NCBI GenBank assembly: GCA_963833425.1
Contig: CAWHXP010000015.1
Coordinates: 134,817-198,816, forward strand
Direction: 5' to 3'
Length of the DNA stretch: 64,000 nt
Origin: an uncultured Methanosarcinaceae archaeon
GTDB lineage: Archaea > Halobacteriota > Methanosarcinia > Methanosarcinales > Methanosarcinaceae
Shown: piece by piece, positions 12,075-22,761 of the stretch
Layout: the number at the start of each line of letters is the position of its first letter
Position numbering within the stretch: the first letter of the stretch is position 1
Position numbers and translations under genes: made by a program
The notes under the pieces: generated by a model
The model's database searches: none
What the model saw: only the letters and a program-made list of their open reading frames with translations
What the model was told of the DNA's origin: nothing

Positions 12075-13133
12075 TCAGTCATTATAATTACTCGAATAAT
12101 TTATTTTCTCGGCATTGAATTCATTGATACCTTTTGCGGTATTCTCAAGTAGCTTGAAAGCAAGATCTTGATTTGGCCAGAAGGCAAGTCCGCAGTCTGG
12201 ACTTGCATATTTTATGCGGTCTCTGAGAACAGAAAAAGCCATTTCAAGCCTTTTTTTTATGATATATGGAGTCTCAAATTCAGTAACGATTTTTTGCATG
12301 TATTCCTTTTCCTTCCAGGCATTAACCCCATATGTTTCATTGATAATACCTATGAGGCTTGAAATGTCAGTTCTCGATACTCCAAGCCTGATATAAGTAT
12401 TCGAGTCTTCCAGCACATTTCTATTCAGGATATCAATGTAAGAAGGAGTTGCTGCATACTCAAACCCAATGACATTTATAGGAGTCTCACATATAATTTT
12501 ATACTTCAATGGAGAATGGAGATGAATTTCCATATCAGATCCCTGTTGCCGAGCATAAGTGGAAGCTAGAGTGAGAGCAGAAATAATGTCAGCGTCAGAA
12601 AACTGAATCTTATCGTTAATTCCAAGGCTGGGTTCATCCAGGGCTACAACTTTGATTTTGAAATTCTTAGCGGCTTTGAAAGATTGCTTTATGAAATTTT
12701 CAATATCTAGTGCCAAGATATGGTACGCATCCACAAAAGCCGTTGTTCCGAATGCCTGAAGATATAGATCTGTGGGACCTGCAACACAAACTCTAACTTC
12801 AAGAATTTCTCCTGTCTCTTTCTTGTATTGCTTTGCAACCTCATCAATTATTTCAAGTTCCAAAATTTTTGCATTCTCCTCTTTCAATACGTAAGGTTCA
12901 TAGCAGTTCTTTTCATCTTTGATTATATCCAGAAACTGGCCAATTTTGTCTCTGAACTGGGGATAAGTGGGGACGTGTACTCCCCCATCAACTTTCCTCA
13001 GAAAAGCTCCCTTTATCATTGAAAAGAGTTTTTCGTCTTCATTTCGATTTTCAACTGCAGCCTTTACCCACTCCCTTGTAAAACCCTCAGGTGTTGGAAG
13101 GCTTCCTCCATCGATAAAAATGATATCCTCCAT
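12075..13133 (-). CDS. Core MetE-like methionine synthase, paralog 2
   Basis: Colinear with paralog 1 (YPQF, C.AGP, ALDEPS, IHLH, SPDCGL); start placed at MEDIIF by alignment to paralog 1. Confidence 0.82.
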   Translation of the reverse strand: MEDIIFIDGGSLPTPEGFTREWVKAAVENRNEDEKLFSMIKGAFLRKVDGGVHVPTYPQFRDKIGQFLDIIKDEKNCYEPYVLKEENAKILELEIIDEVAKQYKKETGEILEVRVCVAGPTDLYLQAFGTTAFVDAYHILALDIENFIKQSFKAAKNFKIKVVALDEPSLGINDKIQFSDADIISALTLASTYARQQGSDMEIHLHSPLKYKIICETPINVIGFEYAATPSYIDILNRNVLEDSNTYIRLGVSRTDISSLIGIINETYGVNAWKEKEYMQKIVTEFETPYIIKKRLEMAFSVLRDRIKYASPDCGLAFWPNQDLAFKLLENTAKGINEFNAEKINYSSNYND

Positions 13134-13536
13134 ATCTATTATGTAGGACAGATGAAGTATTATAATTATTCCAGTCAAATACCTCACATCTTGCTTGGGG
13201 ACTGAAACTTCTTCGGGAACCGCTATTAACCAATTTTTGTATCTTTTAATCTATTTTTGCATTATAAAATGGAACAAAGTCATACGAACCATAGTGTCCG
13301 TAGAATAAGATATCAAATTATTTTTTGTGTAAAATCTGTAAAAAATTTAATTTTAATAATTACATCATCAACTATTTGAAATATATAGCTTTGAAATTGA
13401 TAGCAGGCACTATTTTTAAGTTTTATTGAATCGGCATTGTGGTAATCATGCACATTTTTATACTGAACCAAAATACTTTTCTTCAAGTGTGATGTGGATT
13501 ATAAAATTATCACAAAGAAAAAAGTCTTAAAAAAAA

Positions 13537-13621
13537 TGCGAGGGGTGCGATTCGAACGCACGAATTCCTACGAAAATGGGTCCTAAGCCCATCGCCTTTG
13601 ACCTAGCTGGGCAACCCTCGC
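13537..13621 (-). tRNA. tRNA-Leu (TAG)
   Basis: 85-nt cloverleaf with long variable arm; ATGGG-CTTAGGA-CCCAT anticodon arm. Confidence 0.95.
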
Positions 13622-13690
13622 ACTCGTGTTCTGTTTTGTTTAACGTGAAATAAGAAAAGAAAAAAGTCATATTTTTATTAGAGGTTTAAA

Positions 13691-13762
13691 TGCGCCGACC
13701 GGGATTCGAACCCGGGTTTTGGGCTTGGAAGGCCCAAGTCATAGCCGCTAGACTATCAACGC
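13691..13762 (-). tRNA. tRNA-Gly (TCC)
   Basis: TGGGC-CTTCCAA-GCCCA anticodon arm, GGTTCGAATCC T-loop. Confidence 0.95.
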
Positions 13763-13979
13763 GTAATGCAACACATCTAGAGGTATTTGATACATATAAT
13801 GTTTTCGCTTAATATATTTTGTTTCGACATTCTACACACTATCATAATTTTTTTTAATAAATATTTAGTTTTTTTATTGTAGTGTTAAATTCTTTATTAT
13901 ATCTTGTTCTCTCATTTTTCAAAAATTTTTAAACTTATATTAATTATGTGAAAAGTGCCATTTTCTTGCCAACATCAAA

Positions 13980-15043
13980 ATTTTAATTCGATAAAAGCAA
14001 AAAGGATTCCAATTTATTTTTAATTTCTCTATATCCCATTTTTTTATTTTCTGGTTCATTATTCTTTTATTTAAAATAAATTCGTATCCTGAAAATACTC
14101 TTTTTATTTTAATGAATCAATCGTTAGAGATTATAATCAAAAGCTGTACACAAAACATTTAGATTCACTCTTAAACAGTAGTTGAAAGAACTTTTCCTGC
14201 TTTGAATATTTTTTAATTAATGAATAAACTAGTTCCCTTGAAGCTTTTTTTAGCTTGTTTTCTTGTTTTGTAATATATTATTTATTCCTAAGGATATTCT
14301 TTTACTGCTTTTTATCGTTGCATCATAATCTGTTTATTTTTCTCAAAAGTATCCTTTGCCTCTGTAAACCACTTCATTTTTTCCTGATAAATCTACATAC
14401 GAATCATGTACTTACGCAGTTGTTGTTTTGAATCTTCTGATCAACTCACAATCCTCTATTATGCTATGAAATTTATATCAAAAGTACAACTATTATAATT
14501 TTTTATCTAATTTTGATCTATACTTCTCCTTACTTTTGCCTCCGAGGTTTATACACTTTTGCATATCCTGAATCACTCCCCTTTTTAGTTTCAAACCAAG
14601 GTAATCATGTTACTTTTAACTGTCTGCATATTTCCCCTCCTTAACAGTTATCAATAATTCTTTTTCTGAATAAACAAATTGTGGCACAGTCTAATAGATA
14701 TTAAGAAATTAAAAAATTTCCTGAAAGAAATATTATCAATAAATTACTTCTCAAGTTCAAAGTAAAAAACCGTGTTATTGATGTAAAACAACCATTTTAA
14801 AAATAACGATTACTTTAGTTTTAAATTTGTCTTACTAATACTGTTTCGTTAAAATATATAGACTCAAAAATAATATGAAAAGATTTCCAAGCAATTAAAA
14901 AATCAATTTTGTCTCCAACTGACTGAAATGCTTGTATTCACCTTTAAACACAAAATCAATAAAAGTTTTTATGAGTAAAAATCATTGTTAATAGATTTTA
15001 ACTTTCCAAAAATCAAATGCAAAGGAATTTATTGAAATTCTCT
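13980..15043 (-). mobile_element. Heavily degraded IS5-family copy
   Basis: 14340-14490 is the reverse complement of the IS5 transposase segment at ~18420-18560 (IRRFKTTTA.VHDSYVDL..NEVVYR.KGYF). A left terminus-like ATTGAAATTCTCT ends at 15043. The right boundary is approximate. Confidence 0.7.
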
Positions 15044-15152
15044 ATAAATCAATTAGTATTAACATTTTTTAGGGATGTTTTCATTTCCACAGCTTGCTAT
15101 GCGATTTTATTGGAATAAATGAAAAGAATTAATAATATAGAAAATTGAAAGC

Positions 15153-15504
15153 ACCCCTTCATTTCCGATGGAATGTTTATATAACCCCCGGACCCCATTG
15201 TTTCCACTGTACTTCCAAAGCTGGCGTGTCACAAAATTTGTCTTATTTTTAAAGGTAGCAAAATATTGATGTATCTATTGAATTTATAGTATATATAATT
15301 ATAGTCTTTGTTATAATCTATTATAGCTCAGAATAATTACTTTTATTAATTTACAATTTTTCCTAATGATTTTAAAAAAATATTATCTATGTATTATAAT
15401 CATATTATAATTATAATATACTTATATATTTTCTTGTTACTACATTTCAAGTCTATTTCCCCTCCTAAAATTTACTTAAAAATCTCCATTAGAAATGAAG
15501 GGGT
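15153..15504. other. Candidate archaeal replication origin (inverted ORBs flanking an AT-rich DUE)
   Basis: ORB-like boxes at 15153-15174 and 15192-15213 (minus) and 15483-15504 (plus), with a very AT-rich ~270-bp spacer. Confidence 0.75.
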
Positions 15505-15761
15505 CTCTCTCTTCTTTAATATGTTTTTTTAGATAAATTATCTATTATCTCTGTTTTTGCGCAAGTTATAATCATGAGTACTAATATATATCAAGTAGTA
15601 TAGAAATCTGTATGAATTCACTTACTTTTTCATGTAGAGTTATCTAAAATAAATTTTCTTATGAATTTAATAAATTTTATACATTTCTTTAACGACACTT
15701 AAATAGTTTCAAAGTTAAATTCCATAAGTATTTTAAATAAAACTGGTTGTACCTTATCTAT

Positions 15762-16949
15762 ATGAATTATCAGGGTCTTTCTGAAAAAAAGATATTTTCC
15801 TATCTGGAAACTGTAAAATCAGAAGATACAGATTACTATCGGGTTTTAAGTTCGATGTGTACCCACCCTCATAAAATCGCAGTTGAAGCTCACAGACTCT
15901 TTATTGAGACTAACTTGGGTGACTTTGGACTTTTTGCAGGAGCTCACAGGCTGGAAAAAGAAGTAATCAGGATGTTGGGAGAACTTCTTCATGCTCCGTC
16001 TCTTGAAATCTTTTCCGGAGAATCCAGTGAGAATTCAGTTAGCGGTTACCTTACAACTGGAGGTACAGAGTCAAATATCCAGGCTATTAGAGGAATGAAA
16101 AACTTTGTAATTGCAGGAAATAAAAAATTGGGGGAAACTCCCAATATAGTAATTCCCGAATCGGCTCATTTCTCATTTGATAAGGTCGCCGATATGATGG
16201 GTATTGAAGTTAGAAGAGCTCTTTTGGATTCCGAGTTTAAAGTGGATACGGCCTGTGTTGAAGGTTTGATAGATAATAGTACCATAGGGCTCGTAGGCAT
16301 AGCTGGAAGCACGGAATTTGGTCAGGTAGATCCTATAGAGAAATTAGCAAAACTTGCCCTTGAAAATGAGCTTTTCCTCCATGTTGATGCAGCTTTTGGG
16401 GGCTTTGTGATCCCATTCCTTGAAAAATCATATCCTTTTGACTTCAAAATCCCTGGAGTAACTTCTATTGCAATAGATCCCCATAAAATGGGTCTATCCA
16501 CGATTCCATCAGGTGCTCTCTTGTTCAGGTCTCCTTCTTTTCTGGATTCTCTAAAAGTAAATACTCCGTACCTGACTACAAAGTCTCAATATACTCTTAC
16601 AGGCACACGGAGTGGGGCTTCAGCTGCTGCCACCTATGCTGTTATGAAGCATTTAGGTCGTGAAGGTTATGTAAAAAATGTTCAGTACTGCATGAAACTT
16701 ACAACAAAAACTGTCAATGATATTCGGAAATTTGGTTTCGAAACCCTGCTTGAGCCTACAATGAATGTAGTTGCCTTGAGAATTTCGGATCCTGACCGTG
16801 TCCGCGAACAGCTCCTCAGTAAATTTGGCTGGAACGTCTCAATAACCCGTGCTCCCAGGTGTCTCAGATTGGTACTCATGCCTCATAACACGGCCCAAGA
16901 TATCAAAGAATTTCTGCAAGATCTAAAAAAGGTGACTTCAGAACTTTAA
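15762..16949 (+). CDS. mfnA: L-tyrosine/L-aspartate decarboxylase (methanofuran biosynthesis)
   Basis: Group II PLP decarboxylase motifs SSMCT.PH, GGTESN, HVDAAFGG, IDPHKMG and TGTRSG. Confidence 0.92.
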   Translation: MNYQGLSEKKIFSYLETVKSEDTDYYRVLSSMCTHPHKIAVEAHRLFIETNLGDFGLFAGAHRLEKEVIRMLGELLHAPSLEIFSGESSENSVSGYLTTGGTESNIQAIRGMKNFVIAGNKKLGETPNIVIPESAHFSFDKVADMMGIEVRRALLDSEFKVDTACVEGLIDNSTIGLVGIAGSTEFGQVDPIEKLAKLALENELFLHVDAAFGGFVIPFLEKSYPFDFKIPGVTSIAIDPHKMGLSTIPSGALLFRSPSFLDSLKVNTPYLTTKSQYTLTGTRSGASAAATYAVMKHLGREGYVKNVQYCMKLTTKTVNDIRKFGFETLLEPTMNVVALRISDPDRVREQLLSKFGWNVSITRAPRCLRLVLMPHNTAQDIKEFLQDLKKVTSEL

Positions 16950-17020
16950 AATCATCATTCATAATTTTGTTTAATTTTTTTTGGTTCTTCTCTAAATTTA
17001 GAAAAATGATGAAAATTAGG

Positions 17021-17131
17021 TCGTGTCCATAATTTACTTAAAAAACTGGGCTTAGAACTTTCTCTACATTTATCCTAAAGGCAGGAAGTGTAATCGTTTT
17101 TTTAAAAATGGTAAATAATTTACAGACACGG
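17021..17131. mobile_element. Possible ~110-bp MITE (third type, single copy)
   Basis: Imperfect inverted ends CGTGTCCATAATTTA / TAATTTACAGACACG. Confidence 0.4.
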
Positions 17132-17608
17132 TATGATTCACTTATCGACTTTTAGCTTGACATTGTAAAATTAATTTGTATTTGCAGGTTTTCCAATCAA
17201 CTTTTACTCAAATTTATATTATTTTGAAAATTTTTATCCTACCAATTTTGTTTTCTTCTATTTCCGTCTTGGTAGATACTTCTAATATTTTCAATGTCAT
17301 AAATTTTTTCTGTCAAAATTGCACAGTTGTTAGTAACCAAAACAAGAATCAAGTTTTTCTAACAAAAAGTTGTCCTAAATATTTTTCAATTCGCTTACTT
17401 TTACCATCATTCTCAGTTAATTATCTTGATTTAAGATTTTTGCAGTTTTCCAAGCATCGATTCTTTGGTAATGTACGTGAATTATTGATCAGTTCCGGGA
17501 AGTGGATACAAACATATTATTTAAGGAAAAATATCTACAAACTTTCTAAATCACGATTTTCGATAATAAAATTTATTATCGATTTTTTTTAAGGGATTAT
17601 GGTACTTT

Positions 17609-17696
17609 AGTGTATTTCGATAAACCGTGATTTCACGATCATTTGTATATGATTTATAAACATATGACGAAATTAGAGAATTTATTGAAATACTAT
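17609..17696. mobile_element. ~88-bp MITE, family A (degenerate)
   Basis: AGTGTATTTCGATAAA...TTTATTGAAATACT ends; interior matches the copies at 1543 and 41061. Confidence 0.65.
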
Positions 17697-17808
17697 ATTA
17701 CATATTCATAAGTTTTGTCAAATCAAATCGCTAAAAATGGGATTAGTTTTCATTTGAATTACTGGATGATATTAAATTTAGGATGCAATGTTGAAGAGTA
17801 TTAATTTT

Positions 17809-18955
17809 AGAGAATTTCGATAACCTCCATGCTCTTGAGCACGGTTGACTTTAAATTTGTCAATATTTATGTATATTCATGAAAACTCTTATTGATTTTG
17901 CTCTTAAAGAAGAGTATAAACGTCTTGAATCTGTTGGATATAAGCTTGCTGAAATTGCTTCCTTAATTGATTGGAAAACTTTTCTTATTATTCTTGAGTC
18001 TATGTATATTAACAAAACCGTTTCATGAGGGAGACCTGAAACTGATGTCATTGTGATGTTCAAAATGCTTGTTTTACAACAATGGCATGAGCTCTCTGAT
18101 TTTGAACTTGAGAAACAGTGTATAGATCGAATTTCTTTTAGGAAATTCCTTGGATTTCCGGAATACGTACCTGACAGTACTACTGTATGGATATTTAGGG
18201 AGAGAATTATCGAGAATTTCAAAGAAAATATGGGGAAAGTTGCAAAGCCAACTTGATACTCTGGGTTTACAGATAAAGCAGGGAATGATTCAGGATGCTA
18301 CTTTTATCCATTCAGATCCAGGACATGCAAAAGGAGATAAACCTCGAGGAGATGAGGCAAAAACAAGAATAAGCAGAGACGGAACATGGATAAAGAAGGG
18401 AGGTAAGTCTCACTTTGGATATAAGCTTCATAATATAATAGACAGAGATTATGAGCTGATCAGAAGATTCAAAACAACAACTGCGTCAGTATATGATTCG
18501 TATGTAGATTTGACAGAGGAAAATGAAGTGGTTTATAGGGACAGAGGATACTTTGGAGCAAAAACTAAAGGGTATAATGCAACAATGAAAAGAGCAGTCA
18601 AAGGACATACGCTGGGAATAAAGGATATATTAAGAAATAAGAGAATTAGCTCAAAAGGAGTCCCAGGGGAAAGAGTTTATTCAGTAACGAAAGAAATTTT
18701 CAAAGCAGGAAGAGTTTTTGTTACTACTGTTAAAAGAGTAAATCTAAAAATGTTGTGTACGGCTTTTTGTTATAATCTCCATCAATTGAGGACATTGAAA
18801 ATAAAAAAAGTATATTGAAGATAGTGGAAGCTATCTTTAAAATCAAAGAATTGAGAATAAGTAAAGCCAAAAAGATGAATTAAATAGAGAAATTGAGTGG
18901 AATATCTGAGAAATATCTGCTAAGAAATAAAATCCGAAGTTTATCGAAATCCTCT
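17809..18955 (+). mobile_element. IS5-family insertion sequence, full length, transposase inactivated
   Basis: Terminal inverted repeats AGAGAATTTCGATAA / TTATCGAAATCCTCT; the element abuts the nrdG stop codon. Confidence 0.9.
17879..18818 (+). pseudogene. IS5-family transposase pseudogene
   Basis: MKTLIDFALKEEY start, in-frame TGA near 18026 and a frameshift near 18220; IQDATFI, HFGYKLH and YRDRGY DDE motifs. Confidence 0.88.
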
Positions 18956-19726
18956 TTAGATAATTTCTTCTCCGGTTTCTATTGTCCTTATTCGAACGTT
19001 TTTGAGGAATTTATTTGCTATTTTTCCCAGATCATATAGCTCTTCCCTTTCTAAAATTCGTGTTTTCCTGAGATTTTCCTGAAGACTGTATTCCGGAATT
19101 CCCTGTTGCAGTACATAGATTACTTCCCTATTTTTCACATGCCCCAAAATCCAGGCAGCAATTTTGGAGATTTCCTCTTTGCTTCCGATAAAATCTCTGA
19201 TTACAGTTGTACGGAGTTCCAGTTCCAAACCACAGGAATCCGCGATTTTAATCGCTTCTATAACCGCTGCAGTTATTTCTCCCGGATTTTTTTTTACAAT
19301 TTTGTATTTTTTCCAGCCTGCAACTTTTCCATAAAGCTCTGGAACATCCGGGGGAGCTTTTATATCAATGAAAAACTTATCAACCAATTTTCTTTTAATC
19401 AGTTCTTGTTCCATTTCCGGATAGCAACCGTTTGTGTGAATTCCGACTAAGAATCCGAGTTCTTTTGCAAACTCTGCGAGTGGCAAAATTGCTGCCTGCA
19501 TCAGAGGTTCCCCTCCAGAAAAAACAACTGTGCTTACGAAATCCCTTGATTTTTTAATCCGCTCTTTTACGAAGTCGAGTTCCACAAGGTCAGGTTCTTC
19601 TAGATAGGGATGGTTCTGGCAGTAGAGGCATCGAAGGGGGCATCCTCGAAAAAAAATGGTTATTGCAGCTTTTCCTCTCCAGTCCAGAGTTGAAAGAGAA
19701 ACTGTATCTGCATAGTTTACTTTCAT
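18956..19726 (-). CDS. nrdG: Anaerobic ribonucleotide reductase activating enzyme (radical SAM)
   Basis: GCPLRCLYCQN CxxxCxxC, SGGEP, HTNG; directly downstream of nrdD. Confidence 0.92.
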   Translation of the reverse strand: MKVNYADTVSLSTLDWRGKAAITIFFRGCPLRCLYCQNHPYLEEPDLVELDFVKERIKKSRDFVSTVVFSGGEPLMQAAILPLAEFAKELGFLVGIHTNGCYPEMEQELIKRKLVDKFFIDIKAPPDVPELYGKVAGWKKYKIVKKNPGEITAAVIEAIKIADSCGLELELRTTVIRDFIGSKEEISKIAAWILGHVKNREVIYVLQQGIPEYSLQENLRKTRILEREELYDLGKIANKFLKNVRIRTIETGEEII

Positions 19727-19779
19727 GACAGTTAAACTTCTCACCCTATTGAGTATAAAATGGTGGGGGAAACCTTACT

Positions 19780-22161
19780 TTAGTTTCCTTTTAGACTGTA
19801 TCTTTTTCTGTCAATGAGCTCCTGGCGCTTGCCTCTGTTCCAGCCCTCTACTGATTGGAGATACCCTGTTATTCTTGAGAGATGTTGCACGTTTTCAGAC
19901 CTACATTTTGGACATTTGTCCAGAAGGCCGGATGCTACATATCCCTCGTCAGTGCACACAGTCATGTCTCTTGTAAAAGCAAAGTAACCCGTTTGAGTGT
20001 TTCTTGCTATATGCATGGCAAGCTCCTGCAGGCCCTCAGGATCTGGCTTTCCTTCTCCAAGCCAGATATGCATTATATTTCCACCGTCTACGATCGGAAA
20101 GAAAGTGTGTTCGTACTTTATCCTGTCAGTCAGGGAGATATCGGCCCCAGGAGGAATGTGAGTCCCATTGGTATAGTAAATAGGTAGATCGTGGGTTTCA
20201 TTTAACTTTCTCTTTGCAGTTTTCATGTCTCCTTTAATCGTGTGTTCTGCCTTTTCAGCATATTCACTATGCAGGAGGTCTGAGACTGCGAAGCGTTGGG
20301 CTGTTGTTTCTGCCGGCGTTCTTGCAAGAGCTATTTCCATATCTTTTTCCTTCGAGAGCTTCTGAGCGTGTATTTTCATCTCGAGCATAGCCCTGATGGC
20401 AAGCTTATACGCAGCAGGAGACTCATGGATCTGGTAGTTTGTGTGGTATTGTACCATCTCATTAATTCCTATTATTCCAATGGTATACACTAGACTATCA
20501 AAATCCACAGCTGTTGCCCCTTTTTCCCCAGTATTCGGGTCCTTTGGACACTGGGCTGCAAAGGGAATTCTGTTTTTCTTAATCAGGCTGTTCATCCATT
20601 TTTGTTTGATCTTGAAAGCTTCTACCCCCTTATTCATGAGGGTCTTAAGTTCATCGAAAAGTTTTTCATCATTATGTTCGGCTCTGTATGCTGCTCTAGG
20701 ACAGTTTAAGGACAGGACCATCCACGAGCCCATTGAAAAGTGTTTTCCATCTATAAAATGGAGTTTGTCCTCGAAATCTTTATCATCAGTAGGATTTACA
20801 GAAAATTGATAGGCGCAGCATTGATAACATGAGATTCCTTCTCCTGCCCCTCTGTAATCGGGGAGCTGGTTATCAAAGTACGGGGTTCCGAATTTGGCGG
20901 CCAGTTCGAAGCTCATTCTGTAAAGCTCCTTATAAGTGGGAAGATCAAGATGAGTCTTATTGAATTTTTCATCTTCTTCCATAAAATCAGGTTCTATGGA
21001 GATCTCTGGCTTCGGAAAGCTGAAAGGTTTGCCCCATGCATCTCCTTCAAGCATAACATCCATCAGAGCTTTGAACCCGAGACGAACTTCTTTTTCTAAT
21101 TCTCCATATGTTCTGAGGGGAGCCTGTTTGCCATCCCAGACCTTACCCATAGCAACAATTGGAATGTTTTTCCAGAGCTTTGGAACACCTGGGGAAAGTT
21201 GCACGGATGAAAAGACAGTCTGGCCGCCCCTTGCACACATCATCTGCATCATTTCATAGACGAACATCTGCATGAGTTGCCTGATCTCAGCTTCAGACTT
21301 GTCTTCCAGATAAGGAGCAATAAAAGTTAGAAAATTATAAAAACCCTGTCCACCTGCAAAATTTGTCTGAGCTGATCCCATTGCTTTTACTGCGTGAAGA
21401 AAAGCTACTTCTGCATTTTTTGCAGGCTTTGCCACACTGGATTGGGTTCCAACCCCGTCAGGCATGAGTCCATAATAAAAGAAGTAGCGGAGGTCCCAAT
21501 CCTGACAAAAAGGTCTTGTGCCCATGTATTCTAGGTCGTGAATGTGGAAATCCCCATTCAGATGAAGGTCAGCAAGCTCTTTTGGCATCAAAAGAAGATT
21601 TTGCTCCTTAGACATCTTGTCGGCTTTTCTTTTGTGTGAAGTTTCGGCATTATTTAGTTGGTTTGCATTATCGTTTGCTTCAAAGCCATATCCTGTATCA
21701 ATTTCGTAGGCATCGTAAACAGAAGCCCCGACTCTTGTCATTATGTTTCTCCATTCTACATGCCCTCTGTCAAGAAGAATATTATTCACTATTTCACGGA
21801 TAAGTGGGCCTGAGAGAAACTTGATATTCATCTTTTTGATGATTTTTTCAGCTTCTTTTGCTATATGAATTGCTTCTCCTTTCGTGATTGTAGGTTTGTT
21901 GTAAAAGATCTCGCTTAATTTTGTTTCCTTTAGAAGCTGATTCACAATAATGTTCCTGTCCCAGTTAACCATGAAACCGTCTGTAGTCCTTACTTTTGGG
22001 AAAGGAGGGACTGAAAGCCCATCAAGTGTTTTTTGCACTTGCTGATGGTCAGATAAATGGTTATCTTTGGATAGAGTGGATGTGGAGATTTTATCCAGTG
22101 TCCTTTGAACTGGCCGGTTATCAGATAAATCACTATCTGGTAAAAGAATATCGCTTATCAT
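19780..22161 (-). CDS. nrdD: Class III anaerobic ribonucleoside-triphosphate reductase
   Basis: ATP-cone, HIHDL, TPAE, YYTNG, CPKC, and the C-terminal glycyl-radical motif SRITGYL. Confidence 0.96.
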   Translation of the reverse strand: MISDILLPDSDLSDNRPVQRTLDKISTSTLSKDNHLSDHQQVQKTLDGLSVPPFPKVRTTDGFMVNWDRNIIVNQLLKETKLSEIFYNKPTITKGEAIHIAKEAEKIIKKMNIKFLSGPLIREIVNNILLDRGHVEWRNIMTRVGASVYDAYEIDTGYGFEANDNANQLNNAETSHKRKADKMSKEQNLLLMPKELADLHLNGDFHIHDLEYMGTRPFCQDWDLRYFFYYGLMPDGVGTQSSVAKPAKNAEVAFLHAVKAMGSAQTNFAGGQGFYNFLTFIAPYLEDKSEAEIRQLMQMFVYEMMQMMCARGGQTVFSSVQLSPGVPKLWKNIPIVAMGKVWDGKQAPLRTYGELEKEVRLGFKALMDVMLEGDAWGKPFSFPKPEISIEPDFMEEDEKFNKTHLDLPTYKELYRMSFELAAKFGTPYFDNQLPDYRGAGEGISCYQCCAYQFSVNPTDDKDFEDKLHFIDGKHFSMGSWMVLSLNCPRAAYRAEHNDEKLFDELKTLMNKGVEAFKIKQKWMNSLIKKNRIPFAAQCPKDPNTGEKGATAVDFDSLVYTIGIIGINEMVQYHTNYQIHESPAAYKLAIRAMLEMKIHAQKLSKEKDMEIALARTPAETTAQRFAVSDLLHSEYAEKAEHTIKGDMKTAKRKLNETHDLPIYYTNGTHIPPGADISLTDRIKYEHTFFPIVDGGNIMHIWLGEGKPDPEGLQELAMHIARNTQTGYFAFTRDMTVCTDEGYVASGLLDKCPKCRSENVQHLSRITGYLQSVEGWNRGKRQELIDRKRYSLKGN

Positions 22162-22208
22162 TTTCTCATCCTCGTTGTTTTAAGGGTGAAATTCGCAAAT
22201 TGCTTAGT

Positions 22209-22487
22209 TCATTCTGAAGTTTCAGAAGGTTGTATCAACAAAATCCCCAGAATTTTTTCCGTGTTTATTTCTTCCCTAATGAACAATTCTTCATGGGTCA
22301 GAAAGATATCATTGATCTGTAAAACAGGCGCTGTCAATGTAAAAACTCCATTGAAACGTAGTTCTGTCAGAGCTTCCGGAGTGGCCATTTCTGCTTCTTT
22401 GAAAGTCACTGAATTAGCTTCTAGAAATTTTTTTAATTTATTGCATTTCGGGCAACTTTCCATTGTATAGACGATTATTTTTGCCAT
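22209..22487 (-). CDS. nrdH: Glutaredoxin-like NrdH redoxin
   Basis: YT..CPKC and APVL cis-Pro motif; first gene of the nrd operon. Confidence 0.85.
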   Translation of the reverse strand: MAKIIVYTMESCPKCNKLKKFLEANSVTFKEAEMATPEALTELRFNGVFTLTAPVLQINDIFLTHEELFIREEINTEKILGILLIQPSETSE

Positions 22488-22761
22488 GCTTTGCGCCTCT
22501 CTGATTTTTCACTACTCAATATGTAACGATTTTATTTTAAGTGTTTTAGGTATGAACGCGCTGGTCCAGAGCGCTTCGCAGCAAGAGAACAAAATTCCAT
22601 ATGGATTACTATAATCAGCTAGTCTTTATATTTTATATATATATTTTCAAACATGTGTTTTTTTAAAGCATCAGTCAAAGTATCGGAAAAAGGTGAAATT
22701 TCTAAAAAATATTCCTTTAAATAATTTCCCACTTTATTTAATAAACATCTTTTTTGTTCCA

